DNA of 64,000 nt, taken from IMG/VR virus record IMGVR_UViG_3300029288_000075, positions 32,001 through 96,000 of that record. One strand, 5' to 3'. Shown here in pieces: positions 38,636-48,753 of the stretch. The translations under genes and the position numbers were made by a program. The notes beneath the pieces are model-generated. The model had not been told where the DNA came from and made no database searches. It saw nothing but the letters and a program-made list of their open reading frames with translations. Source of the DNA: a virus. Its lineage: Duplodnaviria; Caudoviricetes. Every line of letters begins with the position of its first letter. Position 1 is the stretch's first letter.

Positions 38636-40320
38636 TCAAGGTCAGTCTCTTCCAGGGCAGCGAGGAGTACGGACCCGCGGCTGTGCCGCTGTTTGGGCCA
38701 TCGGATAGCTACTTCGAGAAGACGGCTTCCGCTACGCTTTTGCCAGAAGTAGCTGACTACATCGCGCACTTGAAGCCGAGGAATGACTCGCAGTACGTAC
38801 TCGTCAACGCCATGGGCGCCGGTGAGTATTACGGCTCCAACGTGAACGGGGATCGCTTTGCAGAGGCTGCTTTGGTACACGCCCCTGCCCGGTGGACAGG
38901 CAAGCCTGTTCACGACATGACGGTAGGAAAGTCTTGGGCCTACGGTTACCCTACGTTCTACGGGGCACATGTTTTTCCGCATCACAAGAACAAGGATCCC
39001 AACCGGGCGCTAGGGACTGTCGAACTGGCGGCGTGGAATCCGCATATGAAGCGTGTCGAGCTCGTCACTAGGCTCGAACACAAGCTGTGCAAGGGATTTG
39101 GCGGTGAAGGGATTTGGGACAAGCTGGTAGCAGGTGAATTTCCTGATGTGAGCATGGGTACCAAGGTGCCCTTCGATACGTGCTCCATTACCTTGGATCG
39201 CGAGCTCTATCAGAAGGCGTGGGATACGTACAATCCCAGCCTGCATCGTAGTCCTGGGGATGCCATTCTTCAGTTCCATAAGAAACTGAAGGCCAAGAAC
39301 GGCGTAGGCATCCGCGGGTTGAGTATCACGCGCGTCGACTACTCAGAGTATGCGCGCCACATGATGAACCAGATCTTGCCAGATGGACGCAAGGTTTGGG
39401 TGGACAATGATTTCCCGAAGTTCTTCGACATTTCGTTTGTGTTCATGGGCGCAGACAAGATTGCCAAGGCCATGCTGAAGATTGCGGCCGGTGGCAAGCG
39501 TGTGTACTCCATCGGCTCGGCAGAGTTGGCAGACAAGCTTGCTGAGTACGACATGATTTGGATTCCAGAGCCTGCGGTCACGGAAAAGACTGCCGGCGTT
39601 TCGAGTATTGAGGACCGCCTGTTGCGGATGGCCGAGCGACGAGGAGAGACGCTCGAGCAGTCGGGAAAGAGCACGGCGAAATCCGCGATGACCAAGGAGG
39701 TCGTTCCCAACCAGCTGGCAGGGAAGGCTGTCCCCCTGCTCACGAGCCAAGAGCGAGATTTGCCGGACAAAGTGCTGGACGAGCTGGCTACTGCTGGGTT
39801 TGGGCCTGCACTTTCTACGGCAACAGGGCTAGGAATTGTGCTCAAGCCTCGCGAGTTTCAGCGTATTACCCTGATTTGCCTGGGTAATCGTGCGGCGGCA
39901 GACGGATTGGACGCGTTAGATCAGGTGTTTCCTCTGTCGTCGGAGAGGGAAGAGCTGCCTCTTGGCCTGGGTGACTTCAGTCCAGCGTTGTCCAGTATCC
40001 TGGCTCCGTTCATGGATTCTAGGTCTTCTCTTGGCCCGCACATCGAGCGGCGCGTAGTCCTTGTGGCAGGTACAACACCTTCGGGTGGTAAAAAGACAGC
40101 TTCCCATTCCTCTGAACTGCTCCGTAAGATTGGGGCTGCCTATAATGGCTATCGAGAAGGCCTCATGCAGTTTGTACCCCATGCGCAAGACTTGATGGAA
40201 GCGACGTCTACTCAAGACGGTCTGCGAAAGCTTGCCGCACTAGCTGCAGAGGAACTATTCACCCCACTGAGCTACCATTACTTGAGCACCGCGTATTTGG
40301 ACGAGGTGACACGTGGGTAG
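38632..40320 (+). CDS. Prohead maturation protease (HK97/assemblin fold)
   Basis: SNVNGDRF, His motif HVFPHH, Ser motif DVSMG, FFDISFV..GAD; position upstream of scaffold and MCP. Confidence 0.8.
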   Translation: MIKVSLFQGSEEYGPAAVPLFGPSDSYFEKTASATLLPEVADYIAHLKPRNDSQYVLVNAMGAGEYYGSNVNGDRFAEAALVHAPARWTGKPVHDMTVGKSWAYGYPTFYGAHVFPHHKNKDPNRALGTVELAAWNPHMKRVELVTRLEHKLCKGFGGEGIWDKLVAGEFPDVSMGTKVPFDTCSITLDRELYQKAWDTYNPSLHRSPGDAILQFHKKLKAKNGVGIRGLSITRVDYSEYARHMMNQILPDGRKVWVDNDFPKFFDISFVFMGADKIAKAMLKIAAGGKRVYSIGSAELADKLAEYDMIWIPEPAVTEKTAGVSSIEDRLLRMAERRGETLEQSGKSTAKSAMTKEVVPNQLAGKAVPLLTSQERDLPDKVLDELATAGFGPALSTATGLGIVLKPREFQRITLICLGNRAAADGLDALDQVFPLSSEREELPLGLGDFSPALSSILAPFMDSRSSLGPHIERRVVLVAGTTPSGGKKTASHSSELLRKIGAAYNGYREGLMQFVPHAQDLMEATSTQDGLRKLAALAAEELFTPLSYHYLSTAYLDEVTRG

Positions 40321-40413
40321 CTTGATGGTACAACAAGAAGGCGAAAGCGTGCAGAGGGCGTTACCCCTTGGCGACCACGCAACTCAACACCCCTGTGTGA
40401 TTAGGAGTAAACC

Positions 40414-41163
40414 ATGTCCGGAATCAACGCTCTACTGAACGATGCATACGCAAAGACCGCTGCCACCGCTGAAGATCTCGAGAAGACTGCCCAGCTCGAG
40501 TACTTTGGTGCTCTCTGTGAACGGGAGAGCATCGACGTAGCCCGTCTGGATGACGAGCAAGCCATGAACCTCTTCAAGACTGCGATGGAGATGAAGGCTG
40601 CAGAAGAAGAGGCCGCCAAGGAAGAGAAGAAGGAAGAGGGCAAGGAGGGTAAGAAGGCCCCTCCATTCGGTGGTCCTGCGCATGAAGCCAAGGAAACTCC
40701 CAAAGAGGAGAAGAAGGAAGAGAAGGCCAAGGAAGCCGCCGTGCAAGAGTGGCAGTCCAAGGTTGCCGAGGCGCGATCCGCGTATGAGGCGACTGTGGCC
40801 GGCCGTCTTATGGCAGATGCGTTCATCGACCAGATGCAGAAGCGCGCTGCGGCGGGTGAGGCGGGCGCTGCTGGAGATGCGGCGCGTGCGGTCATCGAGC
40901 AGGCAAAGATTGCATCGGCTGCCCCTGCTCGGTCGGATACTCCTTCGATCGATTTCGTTGCGGGCAACCGCGCCATCGACCTTCTCAAGGAGGCCGGCTA
41001 CGACGCGGACGAGGTAGTGAGCAAGGTCAACGCCATCTACACGCTGGGGCTGCCCGCCAGTACCAAGCTTGCTTCTGTGCCAGACTTCAACAGCGCTGTA
41101 GAGATGCGTGCCCTCGAGATTTGTGAACTTGCTGGCGCGTCGGTGGATTGGAGCAAGGTCTAG
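40414..41163 (+). CDS. Scaffold-like acidic helical protein
   Basis: E/K/A-rich, 11 K-x-A sites, between protease and MCP. Confidence 0.6.
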   Translation: MSGINALLNDAYAKTAATAEDLEKTAQLEYFGALCERESIDVARLDDEQAMNLFKTAMEMKAAEEEAAKEEKKEEGKEGKKAPPFGGPAHEAKETPKEEKKEEKAKEAAVQEWQSKVAEARSAYEATVAGRLMADAFIDQMQKRAAAGEAGAAGDAARAVIEQAKIASAAPARSDTPSIDFVAGNRAIDLLKEAGYDADEVVSKVNAIYTLGLPASTKLASVPDFNSAVEMRALEICELAGASVDWSKV

Positions 41164-41211
41164 TACTGCCCCGGTGGTCTTGGTGTTCTGAGAGTTGGAG
41201 CTGTTCGTAGC

Positions 41212-42639
41212 ATGAGGAAAGTCGCAGACGCAACATCCGTACCCTTCGCTGATTCAGCGATGGACACTGCTGCGTCAGCTCCACTCCCAGGGTTGGCGGT
41301 AGGGAACAAGCCGGCGCCCGGTCAGGTCGGTCCCAAGGGCATCTCTCCGCGCACCAACTACTCTCGCGTGAACACCGGATCTCCACAACCAGTGGATGCC
41401 GGGGTGACTTCCCAAAAGGGGGCTGCCCCGGATTCACAGAACTTTCTCCCTCCGAAGATTGCTAGTGAGGTTTACATGTCGTCTACTGCGCGTAAGACCA
41501 TTCAAGAGATGATCAAGGCCGCCGCTGAAGGTACCTTGAATCAGACTTCGGTAGCGGTGGAGGCGGAGCGTCAGCAAGGAGCACCGGTGGCGAAAGTTGC
41601 CTCGGCGGAACTCCCCATGGACGTGCCGTCTGTTCCCACTGACTACGTCCACAAGCTTGCGAACGCCTGCGATTTCATGCTGGGTGACTGGCGTGAAAAG
41701 GCAGCGGCGGAGCTCGGCCCTGGTACGGGCCCCAACGCGCTTGCGGTATCGCAGGCAACTTCCTCGAACAATGAGTTCACCTCTGGGAATCAGGGGCAGG
41801 CAACTCCGGCACACGTGCCGCCAAAGAACCCAGGCACGCAGAAGCCCTCTGAGACTCCTGCCGGCGCCTCAAACGCCCTGGAGGACAACGCGGCAATGAA
41901 GCACAAGGAGCAGCCCGTGAAGTTGGGCGGCGCTCTGCGTCCTGCCTCGTTGGCACTGACAGGAACCAAGTCGGCAGGAGTGCGCGATGCTGCTATCACT
42001 GCGCTTGGTACCGCCAAGGGGCTAGGTAAGGACTTGGCCGCGGCTCATCCGCAGGCCACAAAGGCGCTCAAAGGCGTCGGTACCGCTGCCGGTGGTGCTG
42101 CTGGCGGTGCAGCAGCAATCCATCTCCTTGGCAAAGGCAAGAAGAAGGAAGCTTCTGCTGTCCATGCGTGGCTGCTAGACTGGGATGCACGCATGTCCAA
42201 GAAGGCAGAGGACGCCATCAACCCCGCGCAGATTTCGGCAGGAGCCGCGGTTCCTCCGGAAACCAGCGCTGCGGGTGAAGCTGGTGGAGCTCCTGCCGGT
42301 GGACAGCCTCAGGGCCCCACGAGTTTGGTGGGTTCGAACGAATCGGCCATCAACTACACCAAGGGTACGGCGAAGGCACCGGTGAAGGGGCAGCTTGCCA
42401 GCTACCTTACTGAGCCAGCGCTCTCTGCCGCGCATGACAGCACGTTGGACAAGGCGTTCGATCATACCGGTCAGGCCGGTGTGAAGATCTCTTCTCTGCG
42501 GGCAGCGGCGGCACGGGCAGTTCTGAGTAAACTGTCTGCCGCGGCGTGTCCCACGGGCGAGACCAAGAAGAAGACGTCCGCGGGCATGAGCAACTTCACC
42601 GCCCCCCCAGTCTCCGGCGCCGCCGCCGGTCCTATGTAA
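41212..42639 (+). CDS. Ala/Pro/Gly-rich K-x-A segmented head protein
   Basis: Low-complexity segments delimited by KIAS, KVAS, KSAG, KEAS, KKAE. Confidence 0.65.
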   Translation: MRKVADATSVPFADSAMDTAASAPLPGLAVGNKPAPGQVGPKGISPRTNYSRVNTGSPQPVDAGVTSQKGAAPDSQNFLPPKIASEVYMSSTARKTIQEMIKAAAEGTLNQTSVAVEAERQQGAPVAKVASAELPMDVPSVPTDYVHKLANACDFMLGDWREKAAAELGPGTGPNALAVSQATSSNNEFTSGNQGQATPAHVPPKNPGTQKPSETPAGASNALEDNAAMKHKEQPVKLGGALRPASLALTGTKSAGVRDAAITALGTAKGLGKDLAAAHPQATKALKGVGTAAGGAAGGAAAIHLLGKGKKKEASAVHAWLLDWDARMSKKAEDAINPAQISAGAAVPPETSAAGEAGGAPAGGQPQGPTSLVGSNESAINYTKGTAKAPVKGQLASYLTEPALSAAHDSTLDKAFDHTGQAGVKISSLRAAAARAVLSKLSAAACPTGETKKKTSAGMSNFTAPPVSGAAAGPM

Positions 42640-42656
42640 TCGGAGGAACCTGTTCG

Positions 42657-43013
42657 ATGCAAAAGCTAAGTGCAGCGCAGCAATGCGAGATTCTAGAAGA
42701 GGTTCCCAGCGTTTTGCGTGCAGTGGCCGCAGAGCGTGACCTGTACAAGACCGCGTATCTGCAGATTGCAGAGCGGTCGCAGGTCGAAAAACTAGCCGGT
42801 GCCATGATCGAAAAAGGTCTACGCGCCGGCAGTGTCGAGGCTGTTGCCAACGAGTTGCAGAAGCAGGCGAAAGCCGGCGCTATCGACTTGGAGGTCACCT
42901 CGCAAGCTGTGGAGCTCGTAGGTCCGGACATGGGCAAGCTTGCTCATTTGTCCGACGAGCTCTCGAGTTCCGCAGGGTCCAGCGACCTGGAGCGGTATGT
43001 TGTCGGAGGATAG
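42657..43013 (+). CDS. Small scaffold-like coiled-coil protein
   Basis: GGAGG RBS; helical; K-x-A sites. Confidence 0.6.
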   Translation: MQKLSAAQQCEILEEVPSVLRAVAAERDLYKTAYLQIAERSQVEKLAGAMIEKGLRAGSVEAVANELQKQAKAGAIDLEVTSQAVELVGPDMGKLAHLSDELSSSAGSSDLERYVVGG

Positions 43014-43035
43014 CTGACAGGAGGACTGAAGAGAC

Positions 43036-43560
43036 ATGTCGACAGTACAGAAAATCAACTTCGAGCCCGTCAGCGACATTCTGCCCATTCTGAGGAAAGA
43101 TCTACCTCTGGCAGACCCGTCGCTGGCCAACGCCCTAAACGCCCTCGCTCTGGTGGACGGCGAATGGGTAACAATCGACACTGCCTACAAGTGGGTGCGG
43201 GCAGCTTCGGCGGCAGGCGCAGGAAATGCGGCCACCGTACGGAGTTTTCCTGTCTTCATGGAGGCGGGCCGCACGGACCGCCAGGCCATGTCGGAAAAGA
43301 AGACGACTGCCCTCTTCCGTGGGGAGTACGAATTCGACACTCGCATCTACGATGCTTCGCTAATCGTCGGGGGTGGCGCGATAATCTCCACGGTGATGCA
43401 GCCCCTCAAGGTTGCTTCCATCACAATCGGAACCCGCGTTTACGTGGGTCTGGTCGGTCACGGCGGGGCGGCAGACACCAACCCGGTCGTAGGCTACGTC
43501 ACTCGGCTTCCCGCCAGCAATGGTGGTAAGCTCAGGTTCATGTCGGGGTACCGCAGCTAA
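43036..43560 (+). CDS. Capsid cement/decoration protein (putative)
   Basis: Small beta-rich gene directly upstream of the MCP. Confidence 0.55.
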   Translation: MSTVQKINFEPVSDILPILRKDLPLADPSLANALNALALVDGEWVTIDTAYKWVRAASAAGAGNAATVRSFPVFMEAGRTDRQAMSEKKTTALFRGEYEFDTRIYDASLIVGGGAIISTVMQPLKVASITIGTRVYVGLVGHGGAADTNPVVGYVTRLPASNGGKLRFMSGYRS

Positions 43561-43603
43561 CCGCTGGAACGTCCCCATCTACAGGTAAGAAGGAGATCCC
43601 ATC

Positions 43604-44722
43604 ATGTCCGTTCCGGCGAGTGTACTGAACGAGCTCTTTGCTTCGAAACTCAGCACGAGTGAAGGCAAGGAAAAGATCGCCGAGTATGGTGGTAGTTACA
43701 TTCGAGACCGCCTCCGCGAGGTGAGCTTTGCCCGCAAAGTCATCCCGCCGGAGCAGGTCACGCGTGCCGACTGCCAACGCTCGGTGAACCACGACACCTT
43801 GGTCAAGATTGTCGACGTGGAGCCCAAGAGCCGCGCCATGGCAATTTCGTTCCGAGGGCAACCGACAGCCCGCTTCATTCGAGGCGAAAAGGCCGAGGTC
43901 GCATTCTTCACCATCAGTTCCGAGATGTTCCAGAAGACGGAGCAGGAGCTGTTGGCCTACGAGATGCCCATCACCAAGATCATCGAAGAGAACTCGGTGA
44001 AGGACATCCAGGAAATCGAGGACCGCGAGTTCACGATCCACGTTGAAGCCGCCGTGCAAGCGTTGCAGACGGAAGCCAATGGTGGGACTCCCACTGCGCT
44101 GCACGTCGGCACCATCGGTACTACCGTGGAGTTCTCGGTGCGCAAGGGTGAGCTTGCTCGCAACGCCGCAGCGAACACGGCGGAGGTTCTCCCGGTCAGC
44201 CGCGTGGACATCGTCGCCCTGTTCAAGATGTTGGACGGGAATCGTCTGCGGTCCGAGCGGTTGCTCATGACCGAGATGGACTGGGACGACATCTTGTCTT
44301 GGACGGTGGAAGACTTCGGTGACCGTATTCAGTCCGAAACGACTGTCGACGGCTACAAGTACAACACCATTCTTGGTCGTGCGTACATTCGCACCATCAA
44401 GACGGACATCCTGCGCCCCGGCAACATCTACACCTTCGCCAAGCCGGAGTTCTTCGGGAAGTTCTACGTCCTGAACAACACCAAGTTCTACATCGACAAG
44501 ATCGCCAACACGATCACCTTCCAGGCGTGGGAAGACATCGGTATGTCGGTCATCAACATCGCGGCGGTCCGCAAGCTCGAGCTCTACTCGGGCGATGCAA
44601 ACCCCACGACGAACGCAGACGGCCTCCTCGACAACTTCATCCCGAGGTCCGAGGACGCGCTGGGTGCGGTCAACAACCGTGTGGATGCGGGCCTCAAGTT
44701 CCCGCAGGTTTCGCAGTACTAG
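43604..44722 (+). CDS. Major capsid protein (HK97 fold)
   Basis: 372 aa, strong codon bias, IRDRLREVSFARKVIPP and KDIQEIEDREF; follows protease/scaffold/cement; downstream terminator. Confidence 0.85.
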   Translation: MSVPASVLNELFASKLSTSEGKEKIAEYGGSYIRDRLREVSFARKVIPPEQVTRADCQRSVNHDTLVKIVDVEPKSRAMAISFRGQPTARFIRGEKAEVAFFTISSEMFQKTEQELLAYEMPITKIIEENSVKDIQEIEDREFTIHVEAAVQALQTEANGGTPTALHVGTIGTTVEFSVRKGELARNAAANTAEVLPVSRVDIVALFKMLDGNRLRSERLLMTEMDWDDILSWTVEDFGDRIQSETTVDGYKYNTILGRAYIRTIKTDILRPGNIYTFAKPEFFGKFYVLNNTKFYIDKIANTITFQAWEDIGMSVINIAAVRKLELYSGDANPTTNADGLLDNFIPRSEDALGAVNNRVDAGLKFPQVSQY

Positions 44723-44747
44723 CCCGAGGCTGGGAGTCGTACAAGGA

Positions 44748-44783
44748 GGGCGTCGGTGCCGATGGGCCCGGCGCCCTTTCTTG
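44748..44783 (+). terminator. Terminator after the MCP
   Basis: GGGCGTCGG...CCGGCGCCC hairpin followed by TTTCTT. Confidence 0.6.
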
Positions 44784-44821
44784 GTATCGGGTTCCCGGCT
44801 ATGATGCGCTTGGAGGTTTCA

Positions 44822-45586
44822 ATGTCCGAGAAAATACAGCCACCGTGCTTGGAAGAGTTCGTAGCTGCCGGCTACCCTGCGGAGAACTACGAGAAGCACT
44901 TCGCAGCATTGCGAGAGCTCGGTGAAGAGTGGGGAGATACCTGGAGCAATCCGAACTGGAAGCCTGCGCCTCCAGGGTTAGCCGAGGTGCCTGAGCGATT
45001 GATGGTGCACAGCGCTGTGCGCAATCCGCAGACACGCATCGCTCGCAAGTTGAGGCCTGGGCGCAAGGCGTTCAAGCAGCACATCTTCATGGATTCCACG
45101 AAGCGCTTGGTGCGTGGGCGTCCTGTGGCTATTACGTCCGCAGAGCTGGCTGCACGCTTCGATGTCTTCTGTGAAGCCGAGCGGGTAGGGACCATCGAGG
45201 TCCGAACTCTGGATGGACGGCGTCTCGACTTGCAGTCTTTGCGCTCTGGGTCGGTGTGCCTTGCTGCCCCCGCGGCCTCAATCACCATACCCAACACGCG
45301 GTTGGATTCGGCTGCCAATGACGAGCCAGCAGGTATCCCGCTGTCGCAGTACAGCGAGGGAACCTTCGTCGGGGATCCGGCGGCAGAGCGTGTGGTCGAA
45401 CGCATGACGAATGAGAAGGTGGATGAAGGCATTCGGCAAGGCGCCTTGGACGGTCCAGAGGATCAGGATGGACCTGCGGTAGATGAGGATTTCGACGATT
45501 CAGGCACGTCTGCGACTGAAGTCGCGCTACCTGATCCCGCCGCGGCCCGGTCTTCTCAGTCTGGCAAGACCAAGAAGCGGAGGTAA
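44822..45586 (+). CDS. Hypothetical protein (head completion region)
   Basis: GGAGG RBS before ATG 44822. Confidence 0.65.
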   Translation: MSEKIQPPCLEEFVAAGYPAENYEKHFAALRELGEEWGDTWSNPNWKPAPPGLAEVPERLMVHSAVRNPQTRIARKLRPGRKAFKQHIFMDSTKRLVRGRPVAITSAELAARFDVFCEAERVGTIEVRTLDGRRLDLQSLRSGSVCLAAPAASITIPNTRLDSAANDEPAGIPLSQYSEGTFVGDPAAERVVERMTNEKVDEGIRQGALDGPEDQDGPAVDEDFDDSGTSATEVALPDPAAARSSQSGKTKKRR

Positions 45587-45588
45587 TC

Positions 45589-46044
45589 GTGCGCGTTTTC
45601 AACCTGACTGACATAGCTACCCCGGTGCTCGAGCAGCACAAGCTGGTGGACCAGCATATTGCGGTTGCTCGACGTATGGTCAATCCGGGGGAGTATGCGG
45701 ACATTGGGGACGCGCCAAATGCACTGCATGACCTGCAGTTCTTGTTGCAAGTGGGAGCGGTCTCGATTGACCGCGTCCCACCCGCCTACGCGGTGGCAAG
45801 GCAGACACGGCAAGAGGCCATCCAGACCCGACTCTCTGGCATCCCCGTGCGCCACGTGGACATGAAAGAGACGGCCATTCAGGGCGTGACCGCGCAAGGG
45901 CAGCAGGTTGTACCGGTCACTGAGCCGTTACCGCGGTTCGACCCCACGAAGGCAGTGGACGAGCCGTGTCTTCTTGTCCCGTCTTCTACGGAGCCTTCTG
46001 TCCCGGAGAAGTCCAAGTCTGGGAAAAAGAAGGGCCGTAGATGA
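45589..46044 (+). CDS. Hypothetical protein
   Basis: GGAGG RBS, GTG start. Confidence 0.65.
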   Translation: MRVFNLTDIATPVLEQHKLVDQHIAVARRMVNPGEYADIGDAPNALHDLQFLLQVGAVSIDRVPPAYAVARQTRQEAIQTRLSGIPVRHVDMKETAIQGVTAQGQQVVPVTEPLPRFDPTKAVDEPCLLVPSSTEPSVPEKSKSGKKKGRR

Positions 46045-46559
46045 CCAACGTGAACCGCGACACGCTACAAGGGTTTCCAGGGATGACCGATGGGTTTCGG
46101 GCATTCGTGGAAAGCGTGCGCGGTTACACGAGGGATTTCGCCGAGCTCAATCGGTTGGTGGCCGGCGAGGAGTCCACCAACCGGCAGATTGCCTGGGCGA
46201 CGTTGGATGCGCTCAGCCAATTCAATGGCACTCCGCATCTCACCAACTACACCTTGGATGAACTACTGCAGCGTAACCAGGCCATGTTGATGACGCGGCT
46301 TACGGTCATCTGTTTGATTGAGCAGGTGGGTTTGCTGCAGACGCGCAATCACATCAACTACTCCGTGGGCGGTATCAACGTGGGGGTCAACGACAAGACG
46401 CCGTTACTCCAGCAGTGGCTTCAGTACTTTCGGGCATTCACTGACCAGCAGCTGACGCGAGTCAAGGTAGCGCTCAACATCGAGGGCATTCTGGGTCCTT
46501 CAAACAGCGGAGTTTTCTCGGAGTATTGGGCGGTGAACTGTACCTACGCCCAGTTCTAG
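46041..46559 (+). CDS. Head-tail adaptor/neck protein (putative)
   Basis: Helical bundle plus beta-hairpin (INYSVGGINV); position after the MCP. Confidence 0.55.
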   Translation: MTNVNRDTLQGFPGMTDGFRAFVESVRGYTRDFAELNRLVAGEESTNRQIAWATLDALSQFNGTPHLTNYTLDELLQRNQAMLMTRLTVICLIEQVGLLQTRNHINYSVGGINVGVNDKTPLLQQWLQYFRAFTDQQLTRVKVALNIEGILGPSNSGVFSEYWAVNCTYAQF

Positions 46560-46588
46560 TAGAAGATACCAGCATTGGAGTTAGTATC

Positions 46589-47059
46589 ATGATGAAGATC
46601 GAAAAGTACGGCACCCTGGAAGAAGCCAACTTGAAGATTCAGGGCGGCATCACGGGGGGCGTTTCTACCAGCCAGGCCTTCGTGGGACTTGTTGGTGAAA
46701 CTATCACGTTTGCTACCCCCGCCGGGTCTTGTACTTTTACGCAGCCTAGCGGTGTGGCGGGGGTACTTACGTTCAAGGACGTCAAGTCGCAGTTGGAGAC
46801 TGCTATTACGAACTTGCTGGTGAGCTCAGTGGACAACAAGCTCTGCTTCGAGCATGCGCTGGATGGTTCCTACGTGTCCCTAGCTGCAGCGACGCCGGTT
46901 GAACCGGCGCGTGCTGTACTTGGTCTTGGGCAAGGTGAGGCAATTACGGGTCGTTGCTTGAATGGCCCTAGCTCGACCGACCTTCCACGCTTTGTGGAGT
47001 TCGTGACAGAGGCGTTGTTCATTTACGTGGCTGTTGAACTACCGAATGCAGGTGCCTAA
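46589..47059 (+). CDS. Hypothetical structural protein
   Basis: GGAG RBS; composition resembles the sheath insertion domains. Confidence 0.55.
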   Translation: MMKIEKYGTLEEANLKIQGGITGGVSTSQAFVGLVGETITFATPAGSCTFTQPSGVAGVLTFKDVKSQLETAITNLLVSSVDNKLCFEHALDGSYVSLAAATPVEPARAVLGLGQGEAITGRCLNGPSSTDLPRFVEFVTEALFIYVAVELPNAGA

Positions 47060-48744
47060 TGGATGCCTTTCAAGTAGGGTTGAGTCGTGGGATCCCCGCA
47101 AAGACGGCAGCAGCCTACTTCGTGGGGTTGAAGAGCTGGCAGTCGCTTTCTCCGGAAAACGACGAGCTCATGGCAGCTTGCGTCAAAAAGGCGGCAGTAC
47201 TGACTGGTGCTTCAACGCAGCCCGGCACTTCGAAGACAGCCGCGCTACTCGAGAAATTCCGCAAGATCGCGGCAGAGGAGTCCACCCACCACGCTGGGGA
47301 GATGGCTACTCCAGCGCCTGCTGACGATGACCCCGCACAGCAGTATGCAGCAAACGAGCAGCAGGCTATGCAGGCGGAAGAGCAGAATGCGGCCGCCTAC
47401 TACCAGCAGGCTCTTCAAGGGCTGCGTGCGCAGCTGGCTGACATGCAGGAGCATTCGCAGTCCCTCGAGCAGCAGAATGCACAATTGACGGAGCAGCAAG
47501 CCGCGCACGACACTGAAGTGCAGAATGCCCAGCAGGAGGTGCAGCTGGCGCAGCAAGCGGCGCTCGAGCAAACCCAAAGTGCCGCGGCACAAGCGACTCA
47601 GTCCATGCAGCAAGCTGTGGATGCTGAGAACCGCGCCCTGCAGGCCAAGTCTCAGGAAGCGGCAGCCAAGATTCAGCAGCAGCAGGTGCGCAGTCAGCTC
47701 TTCGACCTGGCGTCCCAGGGGTTGCCCGGGTCAGAGCCCCAGATTGGAGAGGGTGCCGCGGCAGAGGGGCTACAGCCCACTCAACCAGCGGCGCAGCCGG
47801 GGGCAGAGCCGGGAGCAATGCCCGGTGAACAAGGTGCCCCTCCGGGGGCAGAGCCGGGGGCACCAGCTGCGGCCGGCGGAGAGACCCCCAGCGCTGGCAT
47901 GAATGAAGCTGGTCAACCCGCGAATGCCGAAGGAATGCCGGGTCAGGAGGCTTCAGCCGAGACGGCTGGCGCCGCGGCGCCGCCCGGATCTGTGCAACCT
48001 TCGGGTGATTCATCTGGTGGCGCCGGCGCGGGGTCGGGGACTGGTCCACAGGCGGCATCCGAGGGTGACCCTCAGAATCCCACGGCCAAACGAACAGGCC
48101 AGGTGTCCATCAAGGTAGGTGGTGCCAGTCCGGTGTCGTACGGCGACGTAGTCGCGTTCTTGGGGGGACGCCACGGCCGCCCTTTACCCGTGCAGGGTAA
48201 GGTTGCCGGTGTAGGCTCTGCCGCCAAGGAGTGGGCACTCAAGAAGGTATTGGAGTCGCCTGTAGTGAAGGAGCACGAGCAACGGCTGGTGCGTAATGCG
48301 TCACTCGCAGCAGGTGGTTCAGCGCTTGCTGGAGGGTACGCCGGGCATCGTATGGCTGCCCACAAGGATCAGAACAAGACGGCAGGTGTCCTTCAGAATC
48401 CATCGGTTGTTGGTGGACTCGCCGGTGGTGCCCTTGGATTAGGCTTGGGTGCGATGGAAGCAACGGGGCATGGCCCGGATTTGGAGAAGTTGCGCACCAA
48501 GGTCGAGGGGCAGGAAGCACAGCTGAAGCAACCTGGTCTGCGCAACTTTGGGCAGGCCTTCAACGTCGTGTACAACCGGATGCTCCTGACGCACGGAGAA
48601 GCAGTGAAGAGCCATCCCGTGTTGGGTACGTTGGCCAGCGGTGCTGCTGGTGCGGCAATGGGGGCTGAGGCAGGGCACGAATTTCCTACACTACTTCGCG
48701 AAGCGAAGGGGTGGCATGCAATGGGACGACCGCCGGTAGGCTAG
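47059..48744 (+). CDS. K-x-A segmented polyprotein-like protein (Q-rich coiled coil, P/A/G linker, Gly-zipper modules)
   Basis: Composition changes abruptly at KIAA, KVAG, KTAG. Confidence 0.65.
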   Translation: MDAFQVGLSRGIPAKTAAAYFVGLKSWQSLSPENDELMAACVKKAAVLTGASTQPGTSKTAALLEKFRKIAAEESTHHAGEMATPAPADDDPAQQYAANEQQAMQAEEQNAAAYYQQALQGLRAQLADMQEHSQSLEQQNAQLTEQQAAHDTEVQNAQQEVQLAQQAALEQTQSAAAQATQSMQQAVDAENRALQAKSQEAAAKIQQQQVRSQLFDLASQGLPGSEPQIGEGAAAEGLQPTQPAAQPGAEPGAMPGEQGAPPGAEPGAPAAAGGETPSAGMNEAGQPANAEGMPGQEASAETAGAAAPPGSVQPSGDSSGGAGAGSGTGPQAASEGDPQNPTAKRTGQVSIKVGGASPVSYGDVVAFLGGRHGRPLPVQGKVAGVGSAAKEWALKKVLESPVVKEHEQRLVRNASLAAGGSALAGGYAGHRMAAHKDQNKTAGVLQNPSVVGGLAGGALGLGLGAMEATGHGPDLEKLRTKVEGQEAQLKQPGLRNFGQAFNVVYNRMLLTHGEAVKSHPVLGTLASGAAGAAMGAEAGHEFPTLLREAKGWHAMGRPPVG

Positions 48745-48753
48745 GAGAGTGTC

